DNA of 64,000 nt from Candidatus Spechtbacteria bacterium (GTDB taxonomy: Bacteria; Patescibacteriota; Minisyncoccia; Spechtbacterales; JACPHP01). Made by a program: the position numbers and the translations under genes. The stretch lies in assembly GCA_016188605.1 (NCBI GenBank), contig JACPHP010000009.1, forward strand, positions 24,786-88,785, given 5' to 3'. Below the pieces are notes generated by a model. It saw only the letters and a list, made by a program, of their open reading frames with translations. It had not been told where the DNA came from and did not search any database. Positions 43,694 to 50,378 of this stretch are shown piece after piece. Position 1 is the first letter of the stretch; each line of letters starts with the position of its first letter.

Positions 43694-46312
43694 TTAATTT
43701 ATGTTTTGTGCAAATGACTGGTAAGCTTGATATAGCGTATCCCAGTCACGATGGAATATGTGGTCCATTCCTCGGTCGCGATCACCGTCACCGTTATCAG
43801 TAGGTGTTGCCATAAATCCCCACTGACAGTAAAATCCTGTTCCTGCGGTAAAGGCTTTTTGCATGTCATCGCTGATATTTTGAGAACGGTCGTCATTTGG
43901 TCCCGCGTTAAAACCCGCCTCATCAAGTATATAGGGTTTATTTTGCTGTTGGGCAATCCATAAATCTTGATCATTAAATCCATTATAGGAGTGAGCGCCA
44001 ACGAAGTCGAAAGAATTATAAAGATCAAGCGCTTGATCTTGAGATAAGCCCGCCTGCTCTGTTTTTTCTAAACCTGTTCCTATCAAATGATATGGATCTT
44101 GTTTTCGTATTTCATCAGCCATATTTTTCATAAAGGCAACTAAATCTTCATTGTTTCCTCCCTGAAGAGTGTTGTTGCGCAACTCATTACCTACTTGCCA
44201 TGCAAATATGCCAGGATGCCTGCCGCCTCCTATTTGTTCTGTGATAAGGCGTACCCATGGCAGGTAGTTTTGTCTAAAACCTTGTTTAAACCACTGTGGA
44301 TTGAGCACCGCAGGTATGTTGGGCGAGCCATCAGATTGATAATACGCATCGTCTCCTGGTGGGGAAAAACCAGTTTGGAACCAATCGGTTAGTGCAACAA
44401 TAACTCGCATATCGTATTGATAATAGGCCTTATCGAGAAAAATTCGTACACGATCCACTGATTGTTGCGGAGTGAGAGAATTGTTCGCCCCAAACAGTCT
44501 TATGACTTTCACACCCATTGCTTTTGCAGCGGCAAGCTGGGTATCTTCTGTGCCACCCGCTTGTTGTACATATCCTACACCAGCGCCATAGTGCGCCAGT
44601 CCCCTATTGCTTATGCAGATACCTCGAAAAGGGGTTGTTCCCAGGACAAAATTTTTGCCATTACTACTAACCACTCCAGCGATAGGCGCCGACGAATTTC
44701 CTGGTGGTCTTCCATTCCCACCTCCACTCGACCCACCTCCTCCGGTGGTTCCTCCTCCCCCGGCCGCGCCTCCGCCAACTCCAAGCGCGCTTGCCCCGTC
44801 GCAAAAATAGAAATCTTCATTGCGGCAGGTTTGGGTATCTGTGCGCGTAGCTGTGTCGGGGCAGCAAAAGTCGCTGCTGCTACAGTAAACATTTTCGTGT
44901 ATCGCTGATTTTTTCTTTGTTTCGTTACAAGTGGTAAGCCAAAGGTTGTGAGGAGTAGCGGGGTCATAGTTTGCAATTGCAAGCACTCCCAGAGGATCAA
45001 TTTGTTCGGCAAGATACGCCAAGCTTGCTGTGGAGTTTGCGTCTGTGCCAAGCGCCTGAAGCCGGGCGCGAAAGGCGTTAAGCTGGGCAAGCTTCGCCCA
45101 TGTATCTGGTGAGCAGGATTTGTCGTAATTATTGTACGCGCCACCCTGCCTATTTTCGCAATTTCCAGCCGCCGTGCCAATACCCGCAGAACAGGTTGTG
45201 GACGAGGGGCATACAAACTGGGTGTTTGAACACGAGCACGCGTTGATGGCATTAGATATGGAATTGATATTATCAATAAGCGCCTGTTCTTTTTGTAATA
45301 ATTCCGGAATTTTTAGTGTCAGTCTTCTAAAAGTCGTATGGTCTGTGTTGCCGCAAAAATAATCAGTACTCTCAGCGCAGTCAGTGCAGTTTTTTGCCAA
45401 ATCAGAGAAAGGTACTGCCAGCGAATAATTTAATAGCTCGCCCGAAATAGTCACGCACGATTGAATTTGCGCACGTATTGGTTTAATCTCGTTATTCCAA
45501 AAAGTGCGAAGGTCGTTAAGAATATTAATTGTTTCTCCAAGCAATGTATTGGCTGTACCGCGAGCTGCGCATGGCTCCGGGCTTCCTCCAGATGACTGTG
45601 TGCAGGGATCTGCGACGCATGTAGACGGCGGCTGGCACTCCCAACCGCAAGAAGTGCAATCTTTCCCGCAAGACCTGCATATGTAAGCGCCCGGAGTATA
45701 GGGGGTGGGTGTTATCCCTTGGCACGCGCTTGCGGAACAGCCCGCGAGTCCATCTTTTACTTTGGTTACCAGACCGTTGTAGATTAGCCCATCCGGCAGA
45801 GAATTATACATATCTTGTATTAACACATCCGTGTTATCAAGCGCTTTCCCCAACGCGTATTTTGAAAATTGGCTGCCGGGAGCAATGGTATTGGGAATAT
45901 TAGGCGAAATTGTTGATACGGAAATATCAGGGAACGCCGGTGCTTCGCGAAAACCCAGGGTGGTCAGCTGAGGATTTATGAAATTTAAAAAAATTACCGC
46001 GCCAAGCAGCATCAGTATGCCTACGATAATGCTAATGATATGGTTACGAGCCGCAAGGCGTTTCAAGGGCGTTTGTCCGCTTGTGGCAAGCTGGAAACCG
46101 ATCATAATTATTCCCGCAACAGCCACTAAACTGCCTACGCCAAGCGATGCGTTAAAAATAATTTTAGTAATTTCGCCGATTGTAAGAGTATCTTTAATTG
46201 GTAAAAAGGAAGGATATGAAAGCTCCAGCGCTTGAGCTGGATGAACGACAAAAAGGCCGAAGATGAGCGCTGTGGCCAGGTAAGGCAATGCATCTATAAT
46301 TTTTTTAAGCAT
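43694..46312 (-). CDS. Large secreted pilin-like module / Cys-rich region / Gly-rich linker / C-terminal GH5-like (clan GH-A) glycoside hydrolase domain
   Basis: Signal ...HPAQA|LELSYPSF. Helices SLVAVAGIIMIGFQLATSG / IISIIVGILMLLGAVIFLNFINPQL. Many Cys residues; GGGAAGGGGTTGGGGSSGGGNG linker. C-terminal motifs FAWQVGNELRN (NE acid/base), VGAHSY (His-x-Tyr), ILDEAGF (nucleophile Glu) and QWGF (Trp) follow the GH5 order of conserved residues. Confidence 0.5.
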   Translation of the reverse strand: MLKKIIDALPYLATALIFGLFVVHPAQALELSYPSFLPIKDTLTIGEITKIIFNASLGVGSLVAVAGIIMIGFQLATSGQTPLKRLAARNHIISIIVGILMLLGAVIFLNFINPQLTTLGFREAPAFPDISVSTISPNIPNTIAPGSQFSKYALGKALDNTDVLIQDMYNSLPDGLIYNGLVTKVKDGLAGCSASACQGITPTPYTPGAYICRSCGKDCTSCGWECQPPSTCVADPCTQSSGGSPEPCAARGTANTLLGETINILNDLRTFWNNEIKPIRAQIQSCVTISGELLNYSLAVPFSDLAKNCTDCAESTDYFCGNTDHTTFRRLTLKIPELLQKEQALIDNINSISNAINACSCSNTQFVCPSSTTCSAGIGTAAGNCENRQGGAYNNYDKSCSPDTWAKLAQLNAFRARLQALGTDANSTASLAYLAEQIDPLGVLAIANYDPATPHNLWLTTCNETKKKSAIHENVYCSSSDFCCPDTATRTDTQTCRNEDFYFCDGASALGVGGGAAGGGGTTGGGGSSGGGNGRPPGNSSAPIAGVVSSNGKNFVLGTTPFRGICISNRGLAHYGAGVGYVQQAGGTEDTQLAAAKAMGVKVIRLFGANNSLTPQQSVDRVRIFLDKAYYQYDMRVIVALTDWFQTGFSPPGDDAYYQSDGSPNIPAVLNPQWFKQGFRQNYLPWVRLITEQIGGGRHPGIFAWQVGNELRNNTLQGGNNEDLVAFMKNMADEIRKQDPYHLIGTGLEKTEQAGLSQDQALDLYNSFDFVGAHSYNGFNDQDLWIAQQQNKPYILDEAGFNAGPNDDRSQNISDDMQKAFTAGTGFYCQWGFMATPTDNGDGDRDRGMDHIFHRDWDTLYQAYQSFAQNIN

Positions 46313-46667
46313 CGGCAGATTGCATTAAAAACATAATTACGTTTATTGTCCACAAAGGCAGCGTTGTTCCTACTAGTGGAACATATTCCGCTAGCATCAA
46401 TGGCGCGCGGCGTTTGAGAAACTTACTTAATCTTCCAGTTGTGTTTACTCCTCCCCCGCCTCGCGTGTACATCCACCCTCCTAAGACTATTGTAAATAAA
46501 ATATCTGGTATCCACGCGATGATTTCACCTATTCCAAAGAATATATTTAACGCGAGCAAAATAAATCCAATAAAATCAGCAAACATCGCGGTGGTCAACA
46601 TTAAAATTCCCTCGGGATTGAAGGGCGTTGGCCTGGAATGGCTGGATTGTTGGACTTCTTCGGGCAT
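46305..46667 (-). CDS. Small integral membrane protein (3 TM) downstream of the VirB4-like ATPase
   Basis: 120 aa with three hydrophobic helices. No motif. Overlaps the next gene by 8 bp. Confidence 0.4.
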   Translation of the reverse strand: MPEEVQQSSHSRPTPFNPEGILMLTTAMFADFIGFILLALNIFFGIGEIIAWIPDILFTIVLGGWMYTRGGGGVNTTGRLSKFLKRRAPLMLAEYVPLVGTTLPLWTINVIMFLMQSADA

Positions 46668-46821
46668 AGGACGGTACTTATCTCAAATCTCAAAACTCAA
46701 ATCGCAAAACTGAATCTCAAATCGTAAAACTACCGACCGAGTAAGATTTTAGTTTTGCGATGTAGTTTTGAGATTTACCATTTGAGATTTGAGATAATAT
46801 ATACTATTATCTCTGCACTTG
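46668..46821. repeat. Palindromic intergenic element, 'tctcaaa' heptamer family, inside the T4SS-like cluster
   Basis: Left arm tctcaaa tctcaaa actcaaa tcgcaaa actgaat ctcaaat cgtaaaa. The right arm is inverted (ttttgcgatgtagttttgagatttaccatttgagatttgaga). No GC hairpin at the centre. Confidence 0.6.
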
Positions 46822-48639
46822 CTATTGTGCAACTTCTTCTGCGGGTTCATTTTCCAACTCCTCCCTCGCTTTTTCTATCTGCAATAATTGCACCGGGTCA
46901 GATGTAATTATTTGGTCTTCAGTGTAAGAGGCAATAACCTTAATTGCCACATGTTTTGTGCCTGCAAAGAAGAGTCCCTCCCCCACCGCGCCCTCAAGCA
47001 GTAAGTATTTTTCTTCATCCGTGAGGTGAAAGGTATTTTGCACAACATCGATAGAGGCGGGCGACTGCTTTAGCAAAAGCTGTAGTGATGAGTTAGTCAC
47101 AATGGGTTTACCGTAATTAGACACCATAAAATCGCTAACATCTTGGCTGATAGTAGTAAGCCCCATGTAGTATTTGCGGCAGCGCTTGGCGATGGCATAA
47201 AGAAACGCCGCGCTATTTTCGTGTTGCATCATCCACCACGCCTCGTCAATAATTAACACGCGTTTTTTGAGAGTTCGGCGAATTGTGTCCCAAATGTAGT
47301 GCAGAATGAGAAACATGGCGACGGGGCGAAGTTCGTCTTCCATGTCGCGGATATTAAATACCACAAGCTGGCTATCAAGATTTATATTCGTCGGCTGGTT
47401 CAAGAATCCAGCGTAAATTCCTTCCACATACGGTTGTAGGCGCAGAGCAAGCGATTCCGCTCCCTCAATATTTTGTAACACCGTATAAAGATCACCCATG
47501 CGCGGCGGTACTATTCCTTCAAAATTTTCTCTTTCTGGAGTTATGTCACGCGAGGCGTATGTTTGGGTTATTGCTTGATCGAGCAAGGATTCTTCTTCTG
47601 GTGTCATGGTTCCTAGCATAACTTTCACCAGGCCCATTAGGGTTACGACGGTACTGCGCAGCACATCAGACGCATTTTCATCGGTACCAACCGGTGGCAG
47701 GTCAAAAGGATTAATATGATGTTCGGACGTTAGCGAGAGTTTGAAAAACGACCCGCCGACAGTTTCTGCAAGATATTGGTATTCGTTTTCAGGGTCAATT
47801 ACCAGTACGTCGTCGCCAAACATTAAGGAGCGCAATATTTCTAGCTTAATAGCATAGCTTTTTCCAGCACCAGATTTTCCAAAAACTACAGCGTTGGCGT
47901 TCTCCAAAGAGAATCTATCAAAAAGAATTAAACTGGAGTTGTGGCGATTAATGCCATACAATATACCCTTGTCTGCCGTTAAATCAAAAGAAACAAAGGG
48001 AAATATTGATGAAAGCGGGCTGGTATTTAAGCTGCTATATATAAGAAGCTCATCAAACAGAACCGGCAGAGAGGAATTGAATCCAGCTGTTTGCTGATAA
48101 AGAGCGGGTTTCATGTACACCATGCGGCTTTCAAGCACCGCGCGAACCTCAGACTCTATCTGCTCAAGTCCTTTTTCTGAAGTGGCATAAATAGTAATGT
48201 ATAAGCCAAACTTAAACATTTTTTCTTCCGCTTGTTGAAGCTTATCGCGCAGTTCTTCAATATTTTGGTAGGCGGCATCAAGGATAGGGTCGCGTATCAG
48301 GCCTTTTTCCGAACGCTCCATCAGGTCTGCTTCAACCGAAGTAATCTGCCGCTCAAGGGTTTTTAATATCTGTTCTGTGGACAATGGGTGGATAAACATT
48401 GAAACATCCACTGCATTACCCATGTTTATTATCGGCGAGAACCAGTTAGTGGTTAAAAAACGAGGATAGCTGAATACAAAAAGCGTTCTCGCGTAGCTGT
48501 CGCCGAGTTTTATGAAAGAGGCGTTAATTTCAAGCGCGGCAGGCGCTATAATATCGCGCAGAGTTTGCAGTTGCTGTTTGTTAGCCTCTGGGCTCTGCGC
48601 AAGCGCGTTTTCAAATTGTTGATTGGTATCTTTTGGCAT
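46822..48639 (-). CDS. VirB4/TraC/CagE-family ATPase, C-terminal (P-loop) portion; it appears to be the second half of a split VirB4
   Basis: Walker A VVFGKSGAGKSYA and the VirB4-typical Walker B LIIDEAWWMM (DEAW). Central VirB4-like region ...FVFSYPRFLTTNWFSPIINMGNAVDVSMFIHP... At 605 aa it is about 200 aa short of a typical VirB4. Confidence 0.7.
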   Translation of the reverse strand: MPKDTNQQFENALAQSPEANKQQLQTLRDIIAPAALEINASFIKLGDSYARTLFVFSYPRFLTTNWFSPIINMGNAVDVSMFIHPLSTEQILKTLERQITSVEADLMERSEKGLIRDPILDAAYQNIEELRDKLQQAEEKMFKFGLYITIYATSEKGLEQIESEVRAVLESRMVYMKPALYQQTAGFNSSLPVLFDELLIYSSLNTSPLSSIFPFVSFDLTADKGILYGINRHNSSLILFDRFSLENANAVVFGKSGAGKSYAIKLEILRSLMFGDDVLVIDPENEYQYLAETVGGSFFKLSLTSEHHINPFDLPPVGTDENASDVLRSTVVTLMGLVKVMLGTMTPEEESLLDQAITQTYASRDITPERENFEGIVPPRMGDLYTVLQNIEGAESLALRLQPYVEGIYAGFLNQPTNINLDSQLVVFNIRDMEDELRPVAMFLILHYIWDTIRRTLKKRVLIIDEAWWMMQHENSAAFLYAIAKRCRKYYMGLTTISQDVSDFMVSNYGKPIVTNSSLQLLLKQSPASIDVVQNTFHLTDEEKYLLLEGAVGEGLFFAGTKHVAIKVIASYTEDQIITSDPVQLLQIEKAREELENEPAEEVAQ

Positions 48640-48815
48640 GAGTTATATTCAAATTAACCTCATCTAACAGTTTAGGTGTTTTTTGGTTAGTAAAATAGTA
48701 TCTCAGATCTCAAATCGTAAATCTCAAAACTGAAATTTAAATCTCAAAACTACACGTGAAGATTTTAGATTTGAGTTGTAGATTTGAGATTTAAGATTTG
48801 AGTTTTGAGATAACT
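48640..48815. repeat. Palindromic intergenic element, 'tctcaaa' heptamer family, separating the two VirB4 halves
   Basis: Left arm tctcagatctcaaatcgtaaatctcaaaactgaaatttaaatctcaaaactac. Centre cacgtg. The right arm is inverted (agattttagatttgagttgtagatttgagatttaagatttgagttttgaga). Confidence 0.6.
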
Positions 48816-49481
48816 TTATTCTGGTGCGGTATAACTTTCTTCAAGAGGTTTCATCATAGCGCGTTTTTTAAGGCCTTGTGGGTTATATAGATTCCAGAAA
48901 AGGACAATCAGCTCTTCTGTTTCAAGTTGTTTGGTAAGTAAGCCCATGCGATGAAGACCAGCCGCGACAAAATCTAGGCGTTGTTCAAGCTGTGTGCGGT
49001 AATGAGCAAATTGTTGTTCCTTTAATTCTTCGCCCCCGCCGCCAATACCGAACATTCCCAGCAATCCCTTCCCTCCCCCGCTGGTTATAGCACCTTGCTC
49101 AAAAGGGTTTAGAGGAGCTACGACAAAAAAATCAGTGGAGACAATATTTGTGGTTTCAACAAATTCTTTTATAAACTTGCGATACTCTTGTGTCTGTATG
49201 CGTAAAAGGTCGTTATTTTGACGGGATTCAAGATCGGCAAGCGTGGCGATATATTCATCAATATTTAAGAATCGCGAATTGATGAATATCTGTATGTCAA
49301 AATCAAGTGAATTCAGAAAGCTTTGAAACGCGAAGATAATCGCGTCTTGCTCTTCCTGCGATTTTAACGCGAAGTTGATGCTGGACACGCGAAGCACGCC
49401 GCGCATTCCCCCGCCCTTGAGGATGAGGACGCCATCGCGGATTGCGTCAATACGGACAAAGTTTTGAGTGGAGAAAGCCAT
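48816..49481 (-). CDS. VirB4 N-terminal-domain-like protein (CagE_TrbE_VirB-type); candidate first half of the split VirB4
   Basis: MAFSTQNFVRIDAIRDGVLILKGGGMRGVLRVSSINFALKSQEEQDAIIFAFQSFLNSLDFDIQIFINSRFLNIDEY follows the VirB4 N-domain pattern as I recall it. 221 + 605 aa gives 826 aa, a typical Gram-positive VirB4 length. Confidence 0.5.
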   Translation of the reverse strand: MAFSTQNFVRIDAIRDGVLILKGGGMRGVLRVSSINFALKSQEEQDAIIFAFQSFLNSLDFDIQIFINSRFLNIDEYIATLADLESRQNNDLLRIQTQEYRKFIKEFVETTNIVSTDFFVVAPLNPFEQGAITSGGGKGLLGMFGIGGGGEELKEQQFAHYRTQLEQRLDFVAAGLHRMGLLTKQLETEELIVLFWNLYNPQGLKKRAMMKPLEESYTAPE

Positions 49482-49602
49482 AACAATTTAAATTACAAAG
49501 TCCAAATTACAAATGTCAAAGTAATGTCAAAGTTTAAAGTTTTGACATTTGGCATTTAGTCATTTGAAATTGATTTGTAATTTGACATTTGGATTTTGAA
49601 AT
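49482..49602. repeat. Palindromic intergenic element, 'tttgacattt' word family
   Basis: aaattacaaagtccaaattacaaatgtcaaagtaatgtcaaagtttaaag | ttttgacatttggcatttagtcatttgaaattgatttgtaatttgacatttgg. The arms are inverted repeats of each other. Confidence 0.6.
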
Positions 49603-50004
49603 TTATTTTTTGTCTATCCTCTGTGCCAACTGTTGTATCTGTTCTCGAGTAACCGAAGCACCCGGCCGAGCAAACTGACCCACCTCTTTTTTGATCTTAG
49701 TCGGTGTTTCCGCTTGTTTTTGCGGCGCTCTAGTCCATACGTATACGCGCGGCGAGACAGTAAAGGTAAGGAAATTCATGAAAAAATCAGCAAAGGGTTT
49801 CTCGTTTACGCGTACAAAAGCAAGCACAAGAGTCACGATTGAAATAATTATCGCGACAGGGAAGAAAAGAAAAGACTCTAGTATAAAATATAGGCCGACA
49901 ATAACCGCGCCCGCCCCGACAACCGTTAGTGTTTGGGGCAAGGTGAGCGATGCGAGAATTTTCTCCTCAAGATCAATGAATTTTGGGACTTGGAATTGCT
50001 GCAT
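49603..50004 (-). CDS. VirB3-like small two-TM membrane protein (PrgI/TcpE-like position upstream of VirB4)
   Basis: 133 aa with two adjacent TM helices (TLTVVGAGAVIVGLYFILESFLFFPVAIIISIVTLVLAFVRV). It directly precedes the VirB4 N-domain gene. Assignment by topology and position only. Confidence 0.4.
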   Translation of the reverse strand: MQQFQVPKFIDLEEKILASLTLPQTLTVVGAGAVIVGLYFILESFLFFPVAIIISIVTLVLAFVRVNEKPFADFFMNFLTFTVSPRVYVWTRAPQKQAETPTKIKKEVGQFARPGASVTREQIQQLAQRIDKK

Positions 50005-50006
50005 AC

Positions 50007-50366
50007 TTAAGATTGAGTACCCACGTCTTCTTCGGCGGCGCGGGGTATGTTATGAGTCTTCCTAAGATAGTCGCCAATTTTTACAAAAAGTTTATCGCGA
50101 ACCTCGTATGCTAATTGTCTAGCAGTAGTTTCAGGAAGTCCAAGCTCTACCTGAAGAGTTTCGCGATATTTCTGGACAGGAATTAAACCCATAATTACAT
50201 AATCGGTTATTTGCGAGAAGGTATAAACTTTATCTGGTATGTTGTATTCTCGCACTAGATAAAAAAATAGATCTGTTAGATTCTCATCCCAAAGTAAATC
50301 CTTAACTTCATCTGGAAGGTCTCTATATTGCAGCCAAAATTGTTCTTGAGAATAATTGGTAAGCAT
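50007..50366 (-). CDS. Hypothetical soluble protein in the T4SS-like cluster
   Basis: 119 aa with no TM segment and no recognisable motif. 3 bp from the downstream gene. Confidence 0.4.
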   Translation of the reverse strand: MLTNYSQEQFWLQYRDLPDEVKDLLWDENLTDLFFYLVREYNIPDKVYTFSQITDYVIMGLIPVQKYRETLQVELGLPETTARQLAYEVRDKLFVKIGDYLRKTHNIPRAAEEDVGTQS

Positions 50367-50378
50367 CGCATTATGGCA

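Noticed and set aside
44462-45276. Plus- and minus-strand ORFs (148 aa, 67 aa, 221 aa) inside the 872-aa gene, including a PPPP-rich one
   Set aside because: These are other frames or the mirror of the Gly-rich linker and Cys-rich region of the 43694..46312 CDS. No independent support.
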